Origin: Desulfobacterales bacterium
GTDB taxonomy: Bacteria > Desulfobacterota > Desulfobacteria > Desulfobacterales > UBA11574
Direction of reading: 5' to 3'
DNA: 64,000 nt
Assembly: GCA_030145345.1 (NCBI GenBank)
Contig: JAQYVT010000006.1
Coordinates: forward strand, 107-64,106
This document shows positions 26,801-35,755 of the stretch, piece after piece. The stretch's first letter is position 1; each line of letters opens with the position of its first letter. A program made the position numbers and the translations under genes. The notes below the pieces were generated by a model. The model worked only from the letters and a program-made list of their open reading frames with translations, was not told where the DNA came from and did no database searches.

Positions 26801-27123
26801 TTAAGCCGGTTCCAGACGCCGCGGACCGGATACGTGATCTTCTTCGGTTCTACTGGAAGGGAATGTCGGAGCCGTTGCATTTTTTTCCCGATTCGTCGTT
26901 CGAATATGTTCGTCAGATACACGTGATGCACCGGACGAAACCGGCGGCCATGCATGCCGCACGAAAAAAATGGGCTGGGAGTGATTTTTCCCGAGGGGAA
27001 TCCGAAGATCCATATTTCGAGCGTTGTTTCGGCAAGATCGATCCTTTGGATGCGGTTTTTGAGAACATCGCAACGGAAATCTTTCTCCCTTTATTGGATC
27101 ATAGCGCTGAAATCGTATTATAA
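23869..27123 (+). CDS. recC: exodeoxyribonuclease V gamma subunit
   Basis: 1084 aa. The N-terminus (IVVQSRGMERWVSLELARHNGICANCRFPFPNVFLEEIF) closely parallels E. coli RecC. Overlaps the upstream gene by 14 nt and the downstream gene by 1 nt. Confidence 0.88.
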   Translation: MHGLKIYTGNHMEILAEQLARIVREPLSAPFSPEIIVVQSRGMERWVSLELARHNGICANCRFPFPNVFLEEIFKKLIKDLPDESPFAPVTMTFRIMKLLPSCSHLSGFESLKKYLLDDIKGLKLFQLSEKIADLYDQYLVFRPDMMLRWENGKEDHWQAQLWRQLSLPEENRHRARLRKIIFEKIRKQPHPIENFPSRVSLFGISYLPPFHIEAFVEISRRSQVNLFLMNPCREYWADIVSDQETIKIRKRHVQSDDTPSNLYLETGNRLLASMGALGRNFFSMISGLDCQTDEMFDDHPGHTLLSKIQSDILNLNNRTSSRPQNIPAPENDPYSLPLCDSDGSIQIHSCHSPMREIEVLHDNLLAVFEEDPELLPKDIVVMTPDIELYAPFIQAVFDAQTDKKLRIPFTIADRNILKQSRIIDGLMSLLDLKNSRLGVTSVMALMEITEIRETFGMSESDIEIAERWIKETNIRWGIDAKYRQEKGLPGFAENTWKAGIDRLLLGYAMPGYDRKTFSGILPYDPIEGGDVKTLGKLIKFLNRVFACVQSLDTARTFSGWHIFFDEIIAQFFSPDEDSERDIHILRGILNDMSKKEASSGFDATVEIEVVRSYLERRLEHEQFRSGFISGGVTFCAMLPMRSIPFKIVCLVGMNSDAFPRKTQTLGFDLMVKNPRIGDRNRRNDDKYLFLEALLSARNRLYVSYVGQSIQDNTRIPPSVLVSELIDYIQDGFGLLEDRIVTLHRLQAFSPEYFRPDSKLFSYSQENFSAGSRLHDRKEAPTLIAAKLPELSHQWKNLDIKDLSTFFGNPSKFLLEKRLGVYLRDPEAVADQRENFNLDHLEKYTVDQELAAKKMSGLNLKDYFPVKKASGQLPHGKVGELVFNDRSLDAEDFVRKIGGHIQSKRFDDRGFKLNIAGFSISGRIADFFEQGLIQIRYAKIKPKHIINTWIYNLVIYALDEVDNPDRSLLLGKDAAWEFKPVPDAADRIRDLLRFYWKGMSEPLHFFPDSSFEYVRQIHVMHRTKPAAMHAARKKWAGSDFSRGESEDPYFERCFGKIDPLDAVFENIATEIFLPLLDHSAEIVL

Positions 27124-28592
27124 TGAAACCTTTCTGGATTGCTTTGGGCATATTTGGACTTCTTTTTTCGATTCTATTTTCTTTTCGATTGGAGGTGTTT
27201 AAAAAATTCCATTGGGAGCCTGCTTCGTTGACTCCATCCTCCCTGAACGCCCTGCCTGAAAAAGATGCGTGGATGAATATATTGCTGAATGACCGTAAAA
27301 TTGGATCTTCACATACGGTATTTTCAAAAATCGAAGACGGATACCGCCTCGAAGAAACGGTCTATATGCGGCTCAATACCATGGGGCTCACCCAGGATAT
27401 GATTCTTAAAACCTTCGGCCGGCTCAATACAGATTTTACGCTGTCTTCATTCAATTTTGAGATGGGTTCGGGACGGTTCCAATTTTCAGCTCAAGGGTCT
27501 GTTTCCGGAAATGTGCTTTCCATAAAAACACACAGCTTCGGGTCCACCAAAGATATCCAAATCAGCGTCAGAGAAAAGATCTATATCCCTTCCGGGATAC
27601 TGAACGCTGCTGTTACATCTGAAATGAAAACCGGAGACGAATTTGCCGTCCAGGTTTTCGACCCTGTGAGTATGGCCAGTGAACCTGTCACGATCAAGAT
27701 GATGGGTCCGGAAAAAATCGTGAACATGGGACTTGAAAAAAACACGAAAAAGATGACCGTGTCCTATAAAGGGATAACACAGCTGGCCTGGATCGGAGAA
27801 AATGGTGATGTCATCCGGGAGAAAGGGCTTCTGGGAATCCGTCTCGAAAAAACAACCCGTGACGATGCGCTTTCCGGTTTACAAAAAGAACCTATTTTGG
27901 ATCTCACACAGCTTGCCTCCGTACCGTCCAATATGCGCATCGACCATCCCTTGCGGCTTAAAGGAATCGACGTTGAAATCACCGGTGTAAATGATAACAT
28001 TGTCCGGCTCCAAGGGGGGAGACAACGCTTAACAGATAACATCCTTACCATAAAGAAGGAGGATTTATCCGACCTTCCGGATGTTCTTGATAAAAACAAA
28101 ATGGGTGAAAACGAGAAGAGATTTTTAATGCCGTCCCCGTTTATAGAGTCCGATCATCCCAGCATACAGAATCTTGTAAACAAAATTGTGTCCGCCGATG
28201 ACAGACCTTTAATAAAAGCGAACAAACTGGTTGCCTGGGTCCGTAAAAATGTTGAAAAACGTCCGGTGCTTTCCCTTCCCGATGCCCTTGCCACCTTGGA
28301 AAATAGGGTGGGGGACTGTAATGAACATGCCGTGCTTCTGGCGGCCCTTGCAAGGGCCTCAGGTATCCCCGCCCGGATTGAAGTTGGACTCGTCTATTTG
28401 AACGGCAGGTTTTATTATCATGCCTGGAATCTTCTCTATGTTGGACAGTGGATAACCGCAGATTCGGTTTTAGGTCAGGTGCCGGCAGATGTCACCCACA
28501 TACGGTTTTCAAGTGGGGCCATGCACCAGCAGCTCGATTTGATGCGCATTATCGGAGAAATAAAATTAAAGATTACTGGATTGACAGAATGA
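27123..28592 (+). CDS. membrane-anchored transglutaminase-like protein
   Basis: N-terminal TM segment and a C-terminal transglutaminase core (GDCNEHAVLLAALARASGIPARIEVG...YHAWN). Confidence 0.75.
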   Translation: MKPFWIALGIFGLLFSILFSFRLEVFKKFHWEPASLTPSSLNALPEKDAWMNILLNDRKIGSSHTVFSKIEDGYRLEETVYMRLNTMGLTQDMILKTFGRLNTDFTLSSFNFEMGSGRFQFSAQGSVSGNVLSIKTHSFGSTKDIQISVREKIYIPSGILNAAVTSEMKTGDEFAVQVFDPVSMASEPVTIKMMGPEKIVNMGLEKNTKKMTVSYKGITQLAWIGENGDVIREKGLLGIRLEKTTRDDALSGLQKEPILDLTQLASVPSNMRIDHPLRLKGIDVEITGVNDNIVRLQGGRQRLTDNILTIKKEDLSDLPDVLDKNKMGENEKRFLMPSPFIESDHPSIQNLVNKIVSADDRPLIKANKLVAWVRKNVEKRPVLSLPDALATLENRVGDCNEHAVLLAALARASGIPARIEVGLVYLNGRFYYHAWNLLYVGQWITADSVLGQVPADVTHIRFSSGAMHQQLDLMRIIGEIKLKITGLTE

Positions 28593-29311
28593 TAGAACTT
28601 AAAAACCTGAGCAAAAAATACGGCAATCTTCTGGCCGTGGACACCCTCAACCTCAGGGTGTCGAAGGGAGAAATTTTCGGATTTATCGGTCCGAATGGTG
28701 CCGGAAAAACGACCACAATCAACATGATGGGCGGTGTACTTGCACCCACCTCCGGTGCGGTGATGATCTGCGGAATAAATATGGCGGATCAACCGGAACA
28801 CGCCAAAAGAAAAATAGGGTTTATTCCCGACAGAGCCTATCTCTATGAAAAACTTACCGGAATGGAGTTTCTGAAGTTCATTGCCGATCTCTACGATGTG
28901 GATGAAGATAGGTTTTTAAAAAAATCTCAAGAAAAACTGGACATGTTTTTTCTGTCTGATCGGTCGAATGAGCTCATCGAGTCCTATTCTCACGGTATGA
29001 AGCAGCGTCTGGTCATGGCCGCAGCGCTCTTACACGATCCCCAAGTGATTGTCGTCGATGAACCCATGGTGGGTCTCGATCCTCTGGCGATCAAGATGGT
29101 CAAAGACCATTTTAAACATCTAGCAGATGAAGGTGTCACCATTTTTATGTCGACCCATACGTTGAAAGTGGCCGAAGACATTTGCGATAAAATTGGCATC
29201 ATCCATAAGGGAACCCTTATCGCAACCGGTACTTATGAAGATTTGAGGCGAAATGTCCATGCTGAAGGGGCCGATCTTGAGCAGATATTCATCCGGCTAA
29301 CAGAACCATGA
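28589..29311 (+). CDS. ABC transporter ATP-binding protein
   Basis: Start set at ATG 28589 (MIELKNLSKKYG), an ATGA overlap with the upstream stop. Walker A GPNGAGKTT and Walker B VIVVDEP. Confidence 0.9.
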   Translation: MIELKNLSKKYGNLLAVDTLNLRVSKGEIFGFIGPNGAGKTTTINMMGGVLAPTSGAVMICGINMADQPEHAKRKIGFIPDRAYLYEKLTGMEFLKFIADLYDVDEDRFLKKSQEKLDMFFLSDRSNELIESYSHGMKQRLVMAAALLHDPQVIVVDEPMVGLDPLAIKMVKDHFKHLADEGVTIFMSTHTLKVAEDICDKIGIIHKGTLIATGTYEDLRRNVHAEGADLEQIFIRLTEP

Positions 29312-30996
29312 AAGACATTGTCACACTTTTGAGGCCGAGGATTTTTTCTTTTAAAAATAAGGGCCTTTTCAAAAACGACCGGGGAAGGCGGGTCAAGCTT
29401 TTTCTGTTCGGAACCATCGGCATATGTTTTTGGGGGGGAATATTTGCCACATCACTTCGGGTTCTCATTTACTTCAAAGAAATTTCAGAACTTGGTGATA
29501 TACTTGCGTATAAACTGCTTTCAATGATTCTTCTTACGTTTTTTTCGCTGCTTATTTTTAGCAGTATTTTAACATCCATTTCCAAGCTGTACCTCAGCAG
29601 AGATCTTTCTCTGGTGCATTCCATGCCGGTTTCAAGCTTCAAGATTTTTATTGCCAGGTCCATCGAAAGCACCCTAGACAGCTCTTGGATGGTAATTGTC
29701 TATACGCTTCCAATCTTTATGTCGTATGGGATTGTTTATCAGGCCGGATTCTTTTTCTACTGGGATATGATCATGGTCATTTTATCCCTGGTCATTATTG
29801 CATCGAGCACCAGCGTTATCCTGGTTGTTCTTGTTGTGAATTTTGTGCCGGCGAGCCGTATGAGAAACATGTCCATATTTTTTGGCCTATGTTTTTTTCT
29901 GATACTCTTTTTTGCCGTTCGATTTTTACAGCCGGAGCGGTTGGTCGATCCCGAAGTTTTTTCAACCGCCCTCGTTTATCTTAAATCCCTAAAGACACCT
30001 GCACCGCCATACCTTCCGAGCACCTGGGCTTGTGACAGCCTAAAGGCTGCACTGTCGGGTCATATTCAACACGGGATGTTTCACACGGCGCTCTCCTGGA
30101 CCTGGGCCGGCGTCATGGTATTTATGGCCATCATTATCGCAGATGCCGTATACTTCAAGGGGCTTTCAAAAGCGCACACGGCGCACGTCCGGCTTTTTAG
30201 AAACAGGTTTTCAGGAATCCATTTCCGAGGACTTCTGCCAGGTCCTGTGGGGGCCTTTATCTTCAAGGAGATTCGAACTTTTTTCAGGGATCAGACACAG
30301 TGGTCACAGCTGTTTCTTATTGCTGCACTGGTTGTCTTATATTTATACAATTTCAATGCACTCCCCCTAGAAAAAGCGCCGATAAAAACCGTTTATCTCC
30401 AGAATCTCCTTTCTTTTCTTAACATGGGTCTTGCGGGGTTTGTTCTGACTGCAATTACGGCCAGATTCGCGTATCCTGCGGTCAGCATTGAAAGGGAGGC
30501 CTTCTGGTTGGTTAAATCGGTTCCAATAACTTTGAGACGCTACCTCTGGATAAAGTTTTTTATCTATTTTCTCCCGTTGCTGATCTTAACCGAAATTTTA
30601 ATCATCGCAACAAACATCTTACTTAAAGTGACGCCGTTTATGATGGCGCTTTCAACAGCCACCATCTTTTTCCTGGTTCCGGGCGTCGTTGCGATGGGGA
30701 TCGGCTTTGGTGCGGCATATCCTGATTTTAAAGCGGACAATCCGGCTCAAACCGTGACGAGTTTCGGAGGGATTTTATTTATGATGGTGTGTGCCGGCTA
30801 TATCGGTGCCGTCATCTTTCTAGAAGCCGGACCTGTTTACAATATATTTATGGCGGATATCAAAGAAAGGGGATTGACCGTTTTTGAATGGACTTGGGTC
30901 ACAGGATCCTTTTTCCTGGTGTTTGTGCTCAGCATTGCCGCCATAATAATTCCCATGAAATTCGGGGAAAAAAGGCTGTCGGAACTTAAGGTATAG
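29308..30996 (+). CDS. large polytopic ABC-exporter permease (putative ABC exporter family)
   Basis: 562 aa with many hydrophobic segments. Overlaps the ATPase gene by 4 nt. Confidence 0.7.
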   Translation: MKDIVTLLRPRIFSFKNKGLFKNDRGRRVKLFLFGTIGICFWGGIFATSLRVLIYFKEISELGDILAYKLLSMILLTFFSLLIFSSILTSISKLYLSRDLSLVHSMPVSSFKIFIARSIESTLDSSWMVIVYTLPIFMSYGIVYQAGFFFYWDMIMVILSLVIIASSTSVILVVLVVNFVPASRMRNMSIFFGLCFFLILFFAVRFLQPERLVDPEVFSTALVYLKSLKTPAPPYLPSTWACDSLKAALSGHIQHGMFHTALSWTWAGVMVFMAIIIADAVYFKGLSKAHTAHVRLFRNRFSGIHFRGLLPGPVGAFIFKEIRTFFRDQTQWSQLFLIAALVVLYLYNFNALPLEKAPIKTVYLQNLLSFLNMGLAGFVLTAITARFAYPAVSIEREAFWLVKSVPITLRRYLWIKFFIYFLPLLILTEILIIATNILLKVTPFMMALSTATIFFLVPGVVAMGIGFGAAYPDFKADNPAQTVTSFGGILFMMVCAGYIGAVIFLEAGPVYNIFMADIKERGLTVFEWTWVTGSFFLVFVLSIAAIIIPMKFGEKRLSELKV

Positions 30997-31050
30997 CCTT
31001 GATGGCTCGAATCTAGGGCATCCTCGACTTTTGCTCAATTAGGGTAAAGG
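30997..31050. repeat. post-stop repeat containing GCTCAATT, copy 1
   Basis: GCCTTGAT...GGGCATCCTCGACTTTTGCTCAATTAGGGTAAA resembles 51160-51212. It starts immediately after the permease stop codon. Confidence 0.55.
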
Positions 31051-31427
31051 ACGAGGCTTTCCGTCCAGAAGGGCGAGGGGGATTGATGGGGCGCTAAATT
31101 CGGGGAGAATGCCGGCCAATAATCGATTTTTTTGAGAATTCATCAAGATAGACATTGTCAAAAATGAATTGTGTTTTATTATATTGCTTGTTGATTCAAA
31201 ATTGAAGATTCTTGCAGCTCCGTTGAAACGGGATTTACCTCCCGGTCGAACAGAAACGACAGATAGGGTTCACCCCGGCACGATCATAAACTAACTGCGG
31301 GGTGGGCAGGGGTGTCCTCGATTCAAAAAGGTTGCGGGGAATTCGAACGCTGTTGCAGTTCAAACAAATGATTATTTGCAACACGATCAAGTACAGATTT
31401 TAAATAAAAGTAGCGACAGGAGAACCA

Positions 31428-33818
31428 ATGGCTGAAACCGACAAAGATGACCTTATCAGCATAATTGATGAAAATGAAAAGGATGCACCGATACCGGATA
31501 CGCTTCCTTTGATTTCAGTACGAGATATCGTAATTTTTACGGATATGCTTCTTCCGCTGTTTATCGGGCGCGAAAAATCGGTTCGCGCTGCTGAGGCGGC
31601 GGTGGAGAAAGACGGATATCTGTTTTTAGCGGCACAAAAAGATCCGAACATCGAAAATCCGAAACCGGATCAGATTTATACAGTGGGTACCGTGAGCCGA
31701 ATTTTGAGGATGCTCAAACTTCCGGATGGACACGTAAAGTCCCTTGTACAGGGTATCGCCAAGGCACGGATCGTTAAATACGTTTCAAAAAAATCTTTAT
31801 ACCGTGTAAAAATAGAGATTATTCCGGACGAGCCGTTTGAAGATATCGATCTGGGGATTGAGGCGCTGATGCGGAATGTTCGAGAACACTCCGAAAAGAT
31901 TTTGGCATTGCGTGGCGAAATGAACAATGATGTCAGCGTCATTCTTGAAAATATCGATGACCCCGGGAAACTTGCTGACCTCGTGGCTTCAAATCTTAAA
32001 TTAAAAATCGATGAATCTCAGATGTTGCTCGAATTGATCGAACCCATGGAACGGTTAAAAAAAGTCAACGAGCTGCTGTCCCGGGAGGTGGAATTGTCCT
32101 CCATGCAGGCGAAAATCCAATCTGATGTGAGAGATGAAATTTCCAAGAGTCAGCGAGACTATTTTTTAAGAGAGCAGGTCAGAATGATCCACAGGGAACT
32201 TGGCGAAAGCGATGACCGGGCAAAGGAAATTCAGAATTTTAAAAGAAAAATAAAAAACGCCAAGATGCCGAAAATTGCGAGTAAAGAAGCTTTAAAACAG
32301 CTGAAACGCATCGAACAGATGCACCCTGACGCTGCTGAAGCCTCGGTAGTGCGGACATATCTGGACTGGCTGGTCGATATGCCATGGAGCAAAAGCAGCA
32401 AAGATGTCATCAATATCAAGAATGCCAAATCGGTTCTCGATAAAGACCATTTTGGGCTGAACAATATCAAAGATCGTATACTTGAACATCTCAGCGTACG
32501 TAAGCTTAATCCTAAAATGAAAGGTCCGATTCTTTGTTTCGTTGGCCCCCCCGGTGTGGGGAAGACCTCCCTGGGCCAGGCCATTGCAAGCGCCTTGAAC
32601 CGTAAATTCATCCGTATTTCTCTGGGCGGCATCCGGGATGAAGCTGAAATCAGAGGGCATCGTCGCACCTATATCGGTGCATTGCCGGGGCGGATACTGC
32701 AGGGGATGAAACAGGCCGGTACAAACAATCCTGTTTTCATGATGGATGAAATTGACAAGCTCGGATCCGATTTTAGAGGGGATCCTTCATCAGCGCTTTT
32801 AGAAGCCCTTGATCCTGAACAGAACTCAGCTTTTAGCGACCACTATCTTAATTTACCCTTTGATCTTTCAAAGGTCATGTTTATCCTCACAGCCAACCTG
32901 ACCGACACCATCCCGTCAGCGCTTCTGGACCGGATGGAGGTCATTACCCTGTCCGGATATACAGAAGAAGAAAAAAAGACCATTGCCCAGCGACACCTTA
33001 TACCGCGCCAGATAAAGGCGAACGGTTTGAAGAAAAAAACGGTGTCCATCAGTACGGGGGCGCTGGTTAAGGTCATGTCAGAATACACATCCGAAGCCGG
33101 TTTAAGGAACCTTGAACGTGAACTCGGTTCACTGTGTCGCAAGGTCGCGCGTAAGATTGCCGAAGGCGATAAAGGGCCATTTAAAATCACAAAAAACAAC
33201 CTGGAAAAATACCTGGGTGTCCCGAAATATTTTCCTGAATTGGACCAGGAAAATAGCCAGGTGGGTCTATCCACCGGTCTGGCTTGGACACAAGCCGGTG
33301 GTGAGGTTCTGTATGTGGAGGCATCGTTGATCGGCGGAAAAGGGGAGTTGATCATAACCGGCCAAATCGGAGATGTTATGCAGGAGTCCGCCCGAGCGGC
33401 GCTGAGTTATGCCCGTGCAAACCTTGGCAGCTTGGGCGTCAAAGAAAACATTTTTGAAAATAAGGATATACATATTCACGTCCCGGCAGGCGCAATTCCC
33501 AAGGACGGACCGTCTGCCGGCACTGCAATGGCCACAGCCCTTATCTCTGCGTTGACAAATAAACCGGTAAATCGAGATGTTGCCATGACCGGTGAAATCA
33601 CGCTAAGGGGCAGGGTTCTTCCTGTCGGCGGTTTGAAGGAAAAAGCGTTAGGGGCCTTGAGGGCCGGAATCCGCACCATCATTATTCCTGAAAAGAACAA
33701 AAAAGATTTGAAGGAGATTCCCTTGAACGTAAAGCGCAAAATCGACTTTGTTCCGGTTAAAAATATGGATAAAGTTCTTGCCCTTGCCATTGACGGTAAA
33801 GTTATGGACGACCGGTGA
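31428..33818 (+). CDS. lon: ATP-dependent Lon protease
   Basis: 796 aa with LON N-terminal domain, AAA+ Walker A GPPGVGKTS, and protease motif PKDGPSAGTAM. Confidence 0.95.
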   Translation: MAETDKDDLISIIDENEKDAPIPDTLPLISVRDIVIFTDMLLPLFIGREKSVRAAEAAVEKDGYLFLAAQKDPNIENPKPDQIYTVGTVSRILRMLKLPDGHVKSLVQGIAKARIVKYVSKKSLYRVKIEIIPDEPFEDIDLGIEALMRNVREHSEKILALRGEMNNDVSVILENIDDPGKLADLVASNLKLKIDESQMLLELIEPMERLKKVNELLSREVELSSMQAKIQSDVRDEISKSQRDYFLREQVRMIHRELGESDDRAKEIQNFKRKIKNAKMPKIASKEALKQLKRIEQMHPDAAEASVVRTYLDWLVDMPWSKSSKDVINIKNAKSVLDKDHFGLNNIKDRILEHLSVRKLNPKMKGPILCFVGPPGVGKTSLGQAIASALNRKFIRISLGGIRDEAEIRGHRRTYIGALPGRILQGMKQAGTNNPVFMMDEIDKLGSDFRGDPSSALLEALDPEQNSAFSDHYLNLPFDLSKVMFILTANLTDTIPSALLDRMEVITLSGYTEEEKKTIAQRHLIPRQIKANGLKKKTVSISTGALVKVMSEYTSEAGLRNLERELGSLCRKVARKIAEGDKGPFKITKNNLEKYLGVPKYFPELDQENSQVGLSTGLAWTQAGGEVLYVEASLIGGKGELIITGQIGDVMQESARAALSYARANLGSLGVKENIFENKDIHIHVPAGAIPKDGPSAGTAMATALISALTNKPVNRDVAMTGEITLRGRVLPVGGLKEKALGALRAGIRTIIIPEKNKKDLKEIPLNVKRKIDFVPVKNMDKVLALAIDGKVMDDR

Positions 33819-33819
33819 T

Positions 33820-34509
33820 ATGATAATCCTCGCTGTCGATACAGCTACCACAACCTGCAGTGTTGCCATTATTGATAAAAAGTCCGTGTTGGCGGAAGTT
33901 ACACTGCTCAGAGAAGAGACCCATTCAAAACATTTAATGGATATGATCCATACGGCCATCGGTTTTTCAGGACTTAAATTTTCTGATGTGGATGGTTTTG
34001 CCGTTGTCAGAGGGCCTGGATCTTTTACCGGTCTGCGTATCGGAATAACGACCGTTAAGGGGCTTGCGGCGGGATTAAAAAAGCCTCTGGTGGGCATTTC
34101 GAGCCTTGAAGCACTTGCAGCGCAGGTATCTCATTGGCCATATTTGATCTGTTCGCTTTTAGACGCTCGCCGAGGGGAAGTCTATGTTTCCAGATACAGG
34201 TTGATAGAGGGCCGTCTAAAAGAGGCGATGGGGGCGCAAGTCTGTGCCCCTGAAAATGCGATACGTGACATTAATGAGGCATGTATTTTTGTGGGCAATG
34301 GTGCTTTACTTTATCGGAAGATGCTATCGGACATGATGGGTGACGCAGCATTTTTTGCATCGATGCCCCAAAATACAATCAAAGCTTCAACCATAGCCTT
34401 TCTTAGCTTGAATAAATTTCAAAATAAAGATACGGACGATGTCCATAGGTTTATACCCCATTATATCCGAAAATCCGATGCAGAACTGAACTTGGCAAAT
34501 AATCCTTAG
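33820..34509 (+). CDS. tsaB: tRNA t6A biosynthesis protein TsaB
   Basis: Start set at ATG 33820 (MIILAVDTATTTCSVAII). The motif GPGSFTGLRIG is present. Confidence 0.85.
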   Translation: MIILAVDTATTTCSVAIIDKKSVLAEVTLLREETHSKHLMDMIHTAIGFSGLKFSDVDGFAVVRGPGSFTGLRIGITTVKGLAAGLKKPLVGISSLEALAAQVSHWPYLICSLLDARRGEVYVSRYRLIEGRLKEAMGAQVCAPENAIRDINEACIFVGNGALLYRKMLSDMMGDAAFFASMPQNTIKASTIAFLSLNKFQNKDTDDVHRFIPHYIRKSDAELNLANNP

Positions 34510-34562
34510 ACCGGCTTTTCCGCACGTCAATCCCCAAAATGCACATAAAATTTACGATAACC

Positions 34563-34818
34563 CAAATTGAGCGTTTCAAATCGTAACAGGAATATAAAAA
34601 ATAATAATTATAGATAAATATACCTCGCTAAAATCGCGAATAGATCTTATCCAATAGGTGAATGTATTTATGCAAAAAATTGTCACCCTTTGAAACCCTT
34701 CGGGATTGCCGATTTTACCGAATCTGCTGTGTTATGAGACATTTGCAGTAGCAGATTACGGCTGCATGTCCCATGCCTTGCATCTCCGGCAAACTCGACA
34801 ATCGCTCAATTTAGGTAT
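34563..34818 (+). repeat. structured intergenic repeat R3, copy A
   Basis: Homologous over ~260 nt to 61084-61340. Shared blocks are ATTGAGCGTTTCAAATCG (34566-34583) and a core at 34681-34818 with a CCC-UUCG-GGG hairpin and nested stems. Confidence 0.7.
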
Positions 34819-35083
34819 AAAAGACTTCAATAAAAACAAGATGCGATGTTCCATGAATGATCATTGCACAACAGCGCGAGTGAGACGAGCAGGGAAAAAC
34901 GATTATCATTGCGGTTATTATTGACAATTTAAGATCCATTTTGATATAAAATTAAGTTTAGGCTTTTTGAAATCTTATAACCCCAAACAGTTTATATATT
35001 TATTTTTTGATTTTCTCAATTTTGTTTGCCCGAATTTAGGGCAAATTAAAGTGCTCTGCAGCCCGTTAAACAAGGCAGATTAG

Positions 35084-35755
35084 ATGCATAAATTTTATAG
35101 GCCAGACTCGCCCAGTCATACCGCTTTTCCAGTGGCAAGTGCTGGGTATCCTTTTATATTTGCTTCTGTATTCGCGACGATTGTATTCGCCCTTTTGGAG
35201 TTGACCACTCTGGCCCTGATTGGACTCGCTGCCAGCTTTTTCATAGGTTATTTTTTCAGGGACCCGGACCGTGTTGTTCCCAATTTTAAAGGCGGTGTGA
35301 TTTCGCCGGCCGACGGCAAAATTATCTCAGCGGGTCCGGTGGACAACAGCCGGTTTTATGAAGGATCGTGCATTAAGATCAGCATCTTCATGTCGATTTT
35401 TAATGTTCATGTAAATCGTATTCCCCATGAAGGGCAGGTGAAAACGGTAAGTTATTATCCTGGAAAATTTTTTTCAGCAAATCTTGACAAGGCGTCCAGG
35501 CATAACGAACACAACGCAGTAACTCTGGAAACCGAAGAAGGGAAAAAAATCTCTACGGTTCAAATTGCAGGCCTGATTGCAAGACGTATTATTTGTAAAG
35601 TTCAGGAGGGTGACATCGTTGCCCGGGGACAGCGTTTTGGTTTAATATGTTTTGGGTCACGTCTTGATGTTTACCTTCCGCCGGACATAAATTTGAAAGT
35701 GACTGTCGGGGATCGGGTGAAAGCCGGAACATCCGTTTTAGGAGATTTGACATGA
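35084..35755 (+). CDS. psd: phosphatidylserine decarboxylase proenzyme (short type)
   Basis: 223 aa with the self-cleavage motif FGSR near the C-terminus. Overlaps pssA by 4 nt. Confidence 0.88.
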   Translation: MHKFYRPDSPSHTAFPVASAGYPFIFASVFATIVFALLELTTLALIGLAASFFIGYFFRDPDRVVPNFKGGVISPADGKIISAGPVDNSRFYEGSCIKISIFMSIFNVHVNRIPHEGQVKTVSYYPGKFFSANLDKASRHNEHNAVTLETEEGKKISTVQIAGLIARRIICKVQEGDIVARGQRFGLICFGSRLDVYLPPDINLKVTVGDRVKAGTSVLGDLT

